A stretch of 25,643 nt of DNA. Origin: Candidatus Omnitrophota bacterium (GTDB lineage: Bacteria > Omnitrophota > Gorgyraeia > Ghiorseimicrobiales > Ghiorseimicrobiaceae). The notes under the pieces were generated by a model. It was not told the origin of the DNA, made no database searches, and was given only the letters and a program-made list of their open reading frames with translations. Both the position numbers and the translations under genes were made by a program. Position 1 is the first letter of the stretch. Every line of letters begins with the position of its first letter. The stretch lies in assembly GCA_046757595.1 (NCBI GenBank), contig JBHHYQ010000001.1, positions 1-25,643 on the forward strand, given 5' to 3'. Of this stretch, positions 1 to 8,031 are shown one piece after another.

Positions 1-1305
1 GGGAGTAAGCTTATGTATCCGATAAAAAATATCCAAAGACGTCCCCTTGGCGTCCAGGCGCTTCTTTACCAATTCTATTCTCATGCGCATCTTTTCCACA
101 GCGTCGGACTTCTTTTCCGTGCGGGCTATATTTTGTTTTAGCCGGGCAAGGTAACCACTTTTGTTATAAATATTAATCAATACCGATAATGATCCGGACA
201 TAATCAAGGCGATAAACAATATTCCCATCCGCGTAAGGTGCCGGCGCTTTTCCTCGGTAGACCTTTGGATGCGCAGCTCGTTTGGGGTTAGGTCTATGTC
301 CGGCTGCCGGCGCGCCAAAGATAATCCGATAAGCGGCGAGACGGAGATGGGGCGAAACTTTTCGTCTTCCAGGGATGCCTTGTTTTTTATTTTGACGTTG
401 CCCGATGTCCCCGTGTTTAACACAGGTAGGCCTAATTTTACACTAAATACAGTATCTAAGCCTTCTATCCTTCCCGATGCCCCGGATAAAAACATCTTTT
501 CCGCGGCGCTTCCATTTTCTTCTGTCTTATATAACTCTGCAGAACGTCTCAGCTCCCCGATGAATTTATCCTGCCATTTATCCCGATCTTCCAACAAATG
601 ATTTGCTCCAATAAGAATACTGCGAGTAAACATCATCCTTTGCTTATGGATAACCATAAAATCGGAATAGTTGGAATCTATATCCAAAAGGATGATCGGT
701 CGAATCCCCACCTGGCCTGTCCCCGCGGACAAAATATTGCCTTTATCTTTGCTGTTAGGCTTAAGATAAGCCTGTATAAACCAATTGAATACTCCTTCCG
801 AACTTATGCCTACGTTATCTATCTCCAGGCCGGAATTTCTTAACACATCCAGCCGTTCATTAATCAGGCTATGCCGAACAATAACCAACATTATCCGGGA
901 GTACCCATCGTCTTCGGTATCTATAACCTTATACACCGAAACAATCTCCTGCTTGGAATAAGGCGTTTGTTTTCCCACCTGCAGGCTAACCATATCCTCT
1001 ATCTCTTTGGGGTTAGTCGAAGGAAACCTAAGGATTCTTATCGTTACCAAATGGCGGGGGATATAGGTAATTACCGGTTGCGCCCCTAATTTCAAGTCTT
1101 GGACAATGGCCGAGAGGGTTTCCGTCACAGGGCCCTTAATTTCGGCAAGTTTATTAAAGGCCATCTTATTGATAATCCACCCTCCGGATGAAGGAACGTT
1201 TTCGATAACCTTAAGCCAGTCGTTGCCTATCTCCACAGCAACAATCGGCTTTTTGTCCGCGGCATTTTTTAACCCATTTTTCTGTCCTAAATGCAGCTTA
1301 AACAT
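1..1305 (-). CDS. PilM (actin-like)-PilN fusion / GspL-like assembly protein, 3'-truncated at the window edge
   Basis: Not in the ORF track. Manual translation from the ATG at 1305 is open for 435 codons to base 1: MFKLHLGQK...VAVEIGNDWLKV...IRILRFPSTNPKEIEDMVSLQVGKQTPYSKQE...IILLDIDSNYSDF...MFTRSILIG...FIGELRRS...MFLSGASG...IDLTPNE. A TM segment (MGILFIALIMSGSLSVLINIY) and a coiled coil follow. It starts 8 nt after the gspK stop. Confidence 0.85.
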   Translation of the reverse strand, partial: MFKLHLGQKNGLKNAADKKPIVAVEIGNDWLKVIENVPSSGGWIINKMAFNKLAEIKGPVTETLSAIVQDLKLGAQPVITYIPRHLVTIRILRFPSTNPKEIEDMVSLQVGKQTPYSKQEIVSVYKVIDTEDDGYSRIMLVIVRHSLINERLDVLRNSGLEIDNVGISSEGVFNWFIQAYLKPNSKDKGNILSAGTGQVGIRPIILLDIDSNYSDFMVIHKQRMMFTRSILIGANHLLEDRDKWQDKFIGELRRSAELYKTEENGSAAEKMFLSGASGRIEGLDTVFSVKLGLPVLNTGTSGNVKIKNKASLEDEKFRPISVSPLIGLSLARRQPDIDLTPNELRIQRSTEEKRRHLTRMGILFIALIMSGSLSVLINIYNKSGYLARLKQNIARTEKKSDAVEKMRMRIELVKKRLDAKGTSLDIFYRIHKLTP

Positions 1306-1313
1306 AAAAAATA

Positions 1314-2330
1314 TTATTCCTCGCGCCAAAACATTATATCCCCGGCGCGGTTAACGACGAACTCTATGCGCCCGGCAGTCTTGCCGGCCAGTTTTGCCAC
1401 GCACCAACCCCGAAAATTATCCGAGACAACAGAGAGGGGCCCGGAGGATATTACCGCGCTCAATGCATCGGACTCTTGTGAAGACAACCCGGCATAATCA
1501 TCCAGCAAGGCAACTATCTCTCCCGCGGCGGTAAATACATTGTCGTCATCCGTCCCCTCGCTTCCGTCCGGGCCTTTACGGAAGGCAATCACCTTCTCCA
1601 CCAGGGCATCGTCCAGCCCCAAGCTCCGCAAAACAACCTTATCCGCGCTATTTATATTTACCGCGCCCTCGCCGTATAAGGTAATTACCTCTTTTATCTT
1701 ATCGAATATTTCCCGATTAATCCCCTTCACCAAAAGCAATTCTTCCCGCGCCTGAAAATCGGCATTTTTACAGGGGTAGGCCGGGCTGAGCGTAGAATAA
1801 TACCCGTCCTCGGCGCCGTTTTCCTGCGGCTCGCTATCTTCATCGCGCCAGTCAACAATCGCCGCGGCAACATCCTCTGCGTCCTGTCCGAACAGGCCCG
1901 CGGCTATCTCAAATAAGCCCTTTAGTGTAGCAAGGGAGGCCTTGTTAATATTTATCTTTCCTTCTTCGTCGCTAAGGCCGTAGCCGGGCGTATCCTGGGC
2001 CGAAGACGGGAAAGAGCCATCTTGCCCCCTGACCAGACTAAAACTCCCCTTCCCCAACAATACATTGGCAAAGGCCGGATTATTATTGCCCCAGCTGTCA
2101 TTCGCGGCGTCATAACTGCCCAGGCTATCCTTATACACCTCCAACATTGCCCGCTGGACACCGGCAAAGGCCAGATAATGCCCCTCGGCCCTACGTATCA
2201 ACCGTCGGGCCAGATCGATCTGCGGGCGCACATAAGCGCCGATTGCCACACCTAACATAGTCAGGAAAAATAACGACCAGAGAACAACAATAAGAATACT
2301 GCCTGGGGTGGATTGCCTGCTATTCAACAT
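1314..2330 (-). CDS. gspK: Type II secretion system minor pseudopilin GspK
   Basis: Prepilin-like N-terminus (GSILIVVLWSLFFLTMLGV), DEEGKININ, AIVDWRDEDS...GAEDGYY and ELLLVKGI motifs typical of GspK. Confidence 0.9.
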   Translation of the reverse strand: MLNSRQSTPGSILIVVLWSLFFLTMLGVAIGAYVRPQIDLARRLIRRAEGHYLAFAGVQRAMLEVYKDSLGSYDAANDSWGNNNPAFANVLLGKGSFSLVRGQDGSFPSSAQDTPGYGLSDEEGKININKASLATLKGLFEIAAGLFGQDAEDVAAAIVDWRDEDSEPQENGAEDGYYSTLSPAYPCKNADFQAREELLLVKGINREIFDKIKEVITLYGEGAVNINSADKVVLRSLGLDDALVEKVIAFRKGPDGSEGTDDDNVFTAAGEIVALLDDYAGLSSQESDALSAVISSGPLSVVSDNFRGWCVAKLAGKTAGRIEFVVNRAGDIMFWREE

Positions 2331-3381
2331 TGGGATATGAGCCCAAAACCCTTAAATAACTCGCCTGTCGGCTTAATTCTTTGAACGCCAAAGATACATT
2401 CTCATCTCGAATATGTCCGTTTAAGTCGACGAAGAAATAATAATCCCAGGCCTTCCTCTTGGAAGGGCGAGACTCTATCTTAGTAAGGTTAATCTTATGT
2501 CTTTTAAACGGCAAAAGCATCTTGTGCAACGCCCCGACCTTATCCTTTATGGAAAAAACCACAGAGGTCTTATCATTTCCCGTCGGGACGACATCATCTT
2601 TTCCTACGACCAAAAAGCGGGTAATGTTATGACGGGTGTCTTCTATGGACCGGGCGACAATCTTCAGCCCGTAAACCGACGCGGCCAAAGAAGAAGCGAT
2701 ACAGGCCGAATCATTCTCGTTAACACAACGTTCTGCCGCCCGACTGGTGCTGGAGACCTCCACTAATTCAGCCTGAGAAAGATTAGCCCTTAGCCACATA
2801 CGACACTGTCCGAAAACCTGGGGATTGGAATAGACTTTTTTGATCTTGCTTATTTTGTATCGCGAAATCAAATTATGCGATACGGAAAGATTAATCTGGG
2901 CGCAGATATTCAAAGAAGACTCCGCAAGCATATCCAGGGTATGATTTATTGCTCCCTCGATAGAGTTCTCCACCGGAGCCACGCCATAATCGCAGGCATC
3001 CTGCTCTACATCGATAAACACATCGCTGATGCTGTTAGACGGGACATATTCCACAGAAGAACCAAACCTCTTCAAGGCAGCCAGGTGAGTAAATGTTGCC
3101 TCCGGACCAAGATAAGATATCCTGAGGCCTTTCTCCAAAGAAAGACTGGAAGACATAATCTCTCTGTATATCGCCTCCATCGCCGAAGCGGCAATCGGGC
3201 CTTTGTTGCTACGACGAATTCGCGACAAAACCTTACTTTCCCTGTCGGGAGAATATACCGGCCGGTTATGCTTGGCCTTAATCCGGCCAATGGCCATACT
3301 AATCCCCGCGCGCTGGTTAAGTAATTCTATTATCCGGCTATCCAGTTTGTCTATGCGACTGCGTAAATTTTCTAAAGTCAT
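2320..3381 (-). CDS. pheA: Chorismate mutase/prephenate dehydratase (P-protein)
   Basis: LRSRIDKLD chorismate mutase domain, YLGPEATFTHLAA, PVENSIEG, NITRF, INLTKIESRP (ACT). Start moved to the ATG at 3381. Its stop overlaps the gspK start by 11 nt. Confidence 0.95.
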   Translation of the reverse strand: MTLENLRSRIDKLDSRIIELLNQRAGISMAIGRIKAKHNRPVYSPDRESKVLSRIRRSNKGPIAASAMEAIYREIMSSSLSLEKGLRISYLGPEATFTHLAALKRFGSSVEYVPSNSISDVFIDVEQDACDYGVAPVENSIEGAINHTLDMLAESSLNICAQINLSVSHNLISRYKISKIKKVYSNPQVFGQCRMWLRANLSQAELVEVSSTSRAAERCVNENDSACIASSLAASVYGLKIVARSIEDTRHNITRFLVVGKDDVVPTGNDKTSVVFSIKDKVGALHKMLLPFKRHKINLTKIESRPSKRKAWDYYFFVDLNGHIRDENVSLAFKELSRQASYLRVLGSYPNVE

Positions 3382-3394
3382 AAAAGACTGTTTT

Positions 3395-3487
3395 CTTGTA
3401 TTTCGGGACATAGTCCCAAAATACAAAACTCAATAAACTCAATAAACTCATATGTCCCAAAACACAAGACCTTGACACCTTGACACT
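3395..3487. repeat. Composite intergenic repeat: GGGAC/GTCCC palindrome plus 9-mer and 8-mer tandem repeats
   Basis: CTTGTATTTCGGGACATA (3395-3412) is inverted relative to GTCCCAAAATACAA (3413-3426) and TATGTCCCAAAACACAAG (3451-3468). AACTCAATA x2.7 at 3427-3450; CCTTGACA x2 at 3470-3485. Confidence 0.8.
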
Positions 3488-3501
3488 TTCTATAATAAGT
3501 A

Positions 3502-4038
3502 CTACTGAGAAGCATTGGCCAAGTTATCGAACTCTTCAACCTTGGGCAATTCCTTAAGCGAGCCCAAGCCAAAATACTGCAGGAACTGTTTAGTCGTGCC
3601 ATAAATAAATGGCCGTCCGGGAGCATCTTTTTTTCCCACAATACGGATTAATCTTTTGTCCAACAAATGCTTAACCACGCCCCCACTGTTTACCCCGCGT
3701 ATCTCCTCTACCTCCAAACGGGTTATCGGCTGGCGATAGGCGATTATCGCCATGGCCTCCAGGGCCGGTGAGCTAAGATGTTCCTTGTGTTTATGGCGGC
3801 AATACTTCTTCAGGTAATCGGCCAGCTCAGGATCGGTTATCATCTGGAAACCCCCGGCAATCTCGACAATGTGTATTCCCCGGCCGGCCTCTTTATATTC
3901 CTGCCTCAACTCCTGAATTAAGGCGCGAATGGCCTGCGCCTCCAGGTGTCCCAACACCTCCCTGATGTGTTCGATAACCAAAGGCCCATCGGAGACAAAA
4001 AGAAGGGCCTCGATCACGGCTTTGTCGCGGTTTATCAT
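3502..4038 (-). CDS. scpB: SMC-Scp complex subunit ScpB
   Basis: IEALLFVS, AGGFQMITDP, LSSPALEAMAIIAYRQPITR, GRPFIYGTTKQFLQYFGL. Confidence 0.95.
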   Translation of the reverse strand: MINRDKAVIEALLFVSDGPLVIEHIREVLGHLEAQAIRALIQELRQEYKEAGRGIHIVEIAGGFQMITDPELADYLKKYCRHKHKEHLSSPALEAMAIIAYRQPITRLEVEEIRGVNSGGVVKHLLDKRLIRIVGKKDAPGRPFIYGTTKQFLQYFGLGSLKELPKVEEFDNLANASQ

Positions 4039-4658
4039 TTTTTATGCTTATAGACCTCGTTAAGCAGGTCCTCGGCCGTGGCAATGCGCGGCGACCTCTT
4101 TAGCGCCGCTTCGATCATATCCCGCGCCTCATTCCTCCTGTATTGCAATTGAAGCAATACATCCAGGGCCTCCTGACGTAGCCTATCGGGGTGCTTGTCG
4201 GCATCGACGACAAATTCCTCATCCCGGATTAAACCGTATTTTCCCACCTTTCCCTGCAACTTGGCCACTATTTCCCTGGCCCGCTGCCGGCCGATGCCCG
4301 GCAGGCGGCAAAGGGCGGCAACATCGCCGTCATCTATGAATCGGGCGATAGACGATATCGGCTGGTTAAGGGCGCGCAACGCCGCTTTAGGCCCTATCCC
4401 GGAAACAGTAATAAACCTTTCGAAGAAGTCTTTTTCGATGTCGTTGACAAACCCAATCAGGACCGGCACGGCCTTAACCCGGTCCTGCTGCAGATAATGA
4501 TAGGTAATCAGGCTAACCGTGTTTTTCTCATCGACGACCCCCTCAACCTTTTCCAAGGTTATCGGGGCGGCCAGGATTTGATAGTGCATCCCCCGCACAT
4601 CGACCACCAGGTGATCGTCGCCCTTACGGACAAATCGTCCTTCTATGCGGATAATCAT
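4035..4658 (-). CDS. ruvA: Holliday junction branch migration protein RuvA
   Basis: MIIRIEG start with a GGAGGG RBS; FITVSGIGPKAAL and LPGIGRQRAREIVAKL helix-hairpin-helix motifs; ALDVLLQLQY domain III. The ORF-track start at 4718 lies inside a repeat element. Confidence 0.92.
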   Translation of the reverse strand: MIIRIEGRFVRKGDDHLVVDVRGMHYQILAAPITLEKVEGVVDEKNTVSLITYHYLQQDRVKAVPVLIGFVNDIEKDFFERFITVSGIGPKAALRALNQPISSIARFIDDGDVAALCRLPGIGRQRAREIVAKLQGKVGKYGLIRDEEFVVDADKHPDRLRQEALDVLLQLQYRRNEARDMIEAALKRSPRIATAEDLLNEVYKHKK

Positions 4659-4675
4659 AAAATGCCTCCCTCCGC

Positions 4676-4861
4676 TAATGAGACAAAAATTGACATTCAG
4701 ACTGTGCCACAATGTCATTGCGAGGAACCCTTTTGCGTAAAATTATGGCCATTTTTTGGGAGAGCATCTTTCCTCTATGATAACGCTTCGGTCGCTTTGC
4801 TCCACCGCAATGACAGGATGGGAATTGCGACACAGTCTGATTGTCGGTTTTTGTCTCATTA
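4676..4861. mobile_element. Non-autonomous MITE/REP-like element with nested inverted repeats
   Basis: Outer ~31 bp IR: TAATGAGACAAAAATTGACATTCAGACTGTG (from 4676) versus CACAGTCTGATTGTCGGTTTTTGTCTCATTA (to 4861), 3 mismatches. Inner perfect IR: TGTCATTGCG (4713-4722) / CGCAATGACA (4806-4815). No transposase ORF. Confidence 0.75.
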
Positions 4862-4900
4862 AGCAGGACGAATTTTGGCAACAACTAATGTCACAACGCA

Positions 4901-5392
4901 CTACCTGCCGGGCAAACAGGCCTTTTTTATCCAGGCATGGGCTATGGCCAGGGCCAGGGCATCGCTGATGTCAAAGGCAAAGGAGGCCTCTTTTATCCTC
5001 AATATTTTTCGAACCACATCTCTTACCTGGGCCTTGCCGGAATGCCCGCGTCCAACCACGGCCTTTTTTACCCGCGTAGGTAAATATTCAAATAACTGTA
5101 TCTTCTTTTGAGCTGCCAAAAGGCATATCACTCCCCGGGCATGACCCAGGAGAAAAGAGGTAGCCGGGTGACGATAATGGGCGTATATCTTCTCCAACAC
5201 CAATATCTGCGGTTTGAATTCTTCCGCTAATTTGTCCAAAGAGCCGTATATCGTATCCAAACGTTGTTGTATGGCCTGTTGGGAATTAGTAACAATCACC
5301 CCGGCCTGGACCAATTTCAGGTCAGGGGCGCTCCCCGTAATCAAGCCATAACCTGAGACGCGCAGGCCAGGATCCACCCCCAAGATCAACAT
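4901..5392 (-). CDS. ruvC: Crossover junction endodeoxyribonuclease RuvC
   Basis: ILGVDPGLRVSGYG, LVLEKIY, LGHARGV, VKKAVVGRG, DISDALALAIAH. Confidence 0.95.
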   Translation of the reverse strand: MLILGVDPGLRVSGYGLITGSAPDLKLVQAGVIVTNSQQAIQQRLDTIYGSLDKLAEEFKPQILVLEKIYAHYRHPATSFLLGHARGVICLLAAQKKIQLFEYLPTRVKKAVVGRGHSGKAQVRDVVRKILRIKEASFAFDISDALALAIAHAWIKKACLPGR

Positions 5393-6130
5393 CTATTCCA
5401 TATCCTCGTCGGGAATATCAAAATTAGCATGCACCTTTTGCACATCATCGTGGTCTTCCAAGGCCTCCACCAGGGCAAGGACCGTCTTCGCATCCTGCCC
5501 GGCAACCTTAACTAAAGAGCTGGGAACCATAGTTACCTCCGCAGACTGCAAGGATATCTTGTTGTCCGACAAGGCCTGCTTTACCGGCTCCAACCCCGCG
5601 GGGGTGGTGGTAATCTCGTAGCTGTCGCCCTCTACCTTCATATCCTCTGCCCCGGCATTCAGCACGATATCCATCAGCTTATCCTCACCGACCTGAGATT
5701 TATCCACCAGGATATATCCCTTCTTGCTAAACATCCAATTTACCGATCCCGCGCCGGCAAGATTGCCGTTTTTCTTGGAGAAGATATTCCGGATCTCGGC
5801 CGAGGCGCGGTTTTTATTATCGGTCACCGCCTCAACCATTATCGCAACCCCTCCCGGGCCATAACCTTCGTATGTCAACTCTTCATAAACAACCCCCGGC
5901 AACTCCCCCGTGCCTTTTTTTATTGCCCGGTCGATATTATCCCAGGGCATATTTGACCCCTTGGCCTTCTGCACCGCCGTGCGCAGGGAAGGGTTAGTCT
6001 CGAGGTTGCCTCCGCCGTTTCTCGCGCATATCGTTATCTCTTTGATTAACTTAGTAAACAACGCCCCTCTCTTGGCGTCTGTCGCCGCTTTCTTATGTTT
6101 AATACTTGCCCACTTCGAGTGCCCTGACAT
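5393..6130 (-). CDS. yebC: YebC/PmpR family DNA-binding regulator
   Basis: MSGHSKWASIKHKK, YEGYGPGGVA, LEDHDDVQKVHAN; GGAGG RBS. Confidence 0.97.
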   Translation of the reverse strand: MSGHSKWASIKHKKAATDAKRGALFTKLIKEITICARNGGGNLETNPSLRTAVQKAKGSNMPWDNIDRAIKKGTGELPGVVYEELTYEGYGPGGVAIMVEAVTDNKNRASAEIRNIFSKKNGNLAGAGSVNWMFSKKGYILVDKSQVGEDKLMDIVLNAGAEDMKVEGDSYEITTTPAGLEPVKQALSDNKISLQSAEVTMVPSSLVKVAGQDAKTVLALVEALEDHDDVQKVHANFDIPDEDME

Positions 6131-6160
6131 ATCAACCTCCTGTAATTATGCGGTAAGGAA

Positions 6161-6203
6161 AATAATGTTGCAGAAGCGACATTGTCACTTTTGTAACATT
6201 ATT
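6161..6203. other. Long inverted repeat abutting the rnpB 3' end (terminator or processing hairpin candidate)
   Basis: AATAATGTTGCAGAAGCGACA-T-TGTCACTTTTGTAACATTATT, a 21-bp stem with 2 wobbles and 1 mismatch. Confidence 0.55.
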
Positions 6204-6713
6204 GCCCCAAGAAAGGTAAGCCGGGTTCTGTGGTTACTCTTGTCAAGTAACGGTGGTTATTCCTCTGGAGCCGAATATTACTATTCGGCTTCCGGCAGTC
6301 TACCCAAGGCTTCCTCCGCCTATCGACGGAAACGAGCCAGGCCGGCTCGCGCCTCAAACCGATAAGGCGTTGCCTCCTTTATGACATTGCTCCGCGCAGA
6401 GATTGCCTGTTTCACCTCCTCCGCAACAAAAACCTGTTCCGCCGATTAGGCAAAAAAGGCTTTTTGCGCCGCGGATTACTCATCTCTGTGGCTCTCCCGT
6501 CCAATCGGCTATCTTGCCCAATCGAGACAGGCCCATTACCCGGAAAATGTTTCCCCGACAACGGGATCCGCTTGAGACAAAAACGTCCTTGTCCCAAGGG
6601 TGGGGATTACCCACTACGTCGCCTTTTGGAGCCCGGACTTTCCTCTTTCGGCCATAGTGGACAAATAAAAATGCCCTTATTTACCGAAAGCAACCACCTT
6701 CCTTTCTTGAGGC
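6204..6713 (-). ncRNA. rnpB: RNase P RNA (bacterial type A-like, atypical)
   Basis: Minus strand carries GAGGAAAGTCCGGGCTCC, GCCACAGAG, GGTGAAAC, GGAGCAA and ACAGAACCCGGCTTAC. P1 GCCTCAAGAAAGG/CCTTTCTTGGGGC, P2 GGTGGTT/AACCACC, P3 TTTCGGT/GCCGAAA, P18 GCCGAATA-GTAA-TATTCGGC, P19 GTTACTT...GAGTAAC. Confidence 0.97.
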
Positions 6714-7117
6714 GTTATCTCTCCCGCGCCCTGTTTAGCCAGTTTATCCGCGTCTTTATTGTGTTCGCGTCGTATATGCCTCATCTCCACAACGTCAAAT
6801 CCCTGCATCAAACGCACAGCCTGGACATAATACGGCCTCAACCCGCTATTTTTTACTCGATAGACTCCTTTAATCTGCCGATAGAGCAACTCGCTGTCCG
6901 TATTGATTGCAATCCGTGGCAGCTTTAGGCGCAAAGCCTCTTCCAGCGCGCATATCAGGGCGGAGTATTCGGCAACATTGTTGGTCGCCCGGCCGATACG
7001 CCGGGATATCTTCATAACTTCTCGTCCTGACGATGTTAATACCACGCCGATACCGCTAGGGCCGGGATTACCCGATGATGCCCCGTCGATAAAGGCCTCA
7101 GCTGTCGGACTGTTCAT
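6677..7117 (-). CDS. rnhA: Ribonuclease HI family protein
   Basis: FIDGASSGNPGPSGIG, TNNVAEYSAL, TDSELL, HIRREHNKDADKLA. Start moved to the ATG at 7117 (GAGGA RBS). Confidence 0.93.
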   Translation of the reverse strand: MNSPTAEAFIDGASSGNPGPSGIGVVLTSSGREVMKISRRIGRATNNVAEYSALICALEEALRLKLPRIAINTDSELLYRQIKGVYRVKNSGLRPYYVQAVRLMQGFDVVEMRHIRREHNKDADKLAKQGAGEITPQERKVVAFGK

Positions 7118-7823
7118 ACAATATCCTCGCGCACATATCGCAGACAATCAACCTCTCGTGCATCCTTATCTCGTTGACGACCTGATGGGGCACATTCATA
7201 AAACACCCCTGACAGGCATTATTTACGACCCTAACCAGGGCCAGGCCATGTTTATTCTCCAATATCCGTTCATAACGACCAAGAATATCCGGGGCGACAT
7301 GAGAAATTATTTGGCCCCGCTTGCCCCGCAAAACATCCAGCTTATCCCGCAAGACTTTTTCATCTTTTCTCAAACTGTCTTTTTCCCCGGCCAGCTTCTT
7401 TTCTTCTTCGGCCAGGAAAGATTTTGCCTTATCAGTCTCCTCTTTCAATTTATCTAAATCCATAAGAATGCTTAAGATTTTATCCTCGATGCAAGATTTA
7501 TCCGCATTGGATCCTTCTATTTCTTTAAGCATTGCCGTATATTCTTTATTGGTCTTGATCTGAGAAAGCTGTTTTTGTAATTTATCGATATTGCCTTCTT
7601 TGCTCTTTAGTTCTATTTCACTTTCATTCTTTTGCAGCAATAATTCTTTGGCCTTTTCTTCCAGCTGCCGCAACATAACCTTTTTTGCCGCAAACTCATC
7701 ATCTTTATTTTTTATCTCTTTCGGAATAGCATCCAATTTATGCTTTATATCGTATCTTAAGCTATCCAACTCCTGGAGATTGATCAAATAACCAACCTGC
7801 TCTTTTATGAATACCTGCGACAT
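7098..7823 (-). CDS. Coiled-coil protein with C-terminal C4 zinc ribbon (CT398/DUF164-like)
   Basis: LQELDS...KTNKEYTAMLKEIE coiled coil, then NACQGCFM...VCDMCARILY. This family is commonly found upstream of rnhA-rnpB. Confidence 0.9.
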   Translation of the reverse strand: MSQVFIKEQVGYLINLQELDSLRYDIKHKLDAIPKEIKNKDDEFAAKKVMLRQLEEKAKELLLQKNESEIELKSKEGNIDKLQKQLSQIKTNKEYTAMLKEIEGSNADKSCIEDKILSILMDLDKLKEETDKAKSFLAEEEKKLAGEKDSLRKDEKVLRDKLDVLRGKRGQIISHVAPDILGRYERILENKHGLALVRVVNNACQGCFMNVPHQVVNEIRMHERLIVCDMCARILYEQSDS

Positions 7824-8002
7824 ATTCTTTATTGAATTACCACAAAATCGAATCGTCTTCCAGGCGCTACCAATAGAAGACAAAAAGAAGCAGGGCTCTG
7901 TTAAAAATTAGCCACCTACAAAATTTATCTTCTTTATTCCCGACAAGTTACGCGCAAAAAAGGTTGGCTCTGATTTTTTTCTTGTTTTCCCTTATCTTTT
8001 CT

Positions 8003-8031
8003 ATTATAATTCAAAGAGTCAAGCCTGTCCA
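8003..8031 (-). promoter_or_regulatory. sigma70-type promoter for the Zn-ribbon-rnhA-rnpB unit
   Basis: TGGACA-17 nt-TATAAT on the minus strand. Confidence 0.6.

Noticed and set aside
3472-3496. Perfect TTGACA (twice) and TATAAT on the plus strand
   Set aside because: Spacers are 13 and 5 nt rather than 16-18, the TTGACA copies arise from the CCTTGACA tandem repeat, and it would fire antisense to scpB.
6403-6928. ORFs 6403-6657, 6412-6597 and 6464-6928
   Set aside because: They lie within or antisense to rnpB/rnhA and have no protein features.
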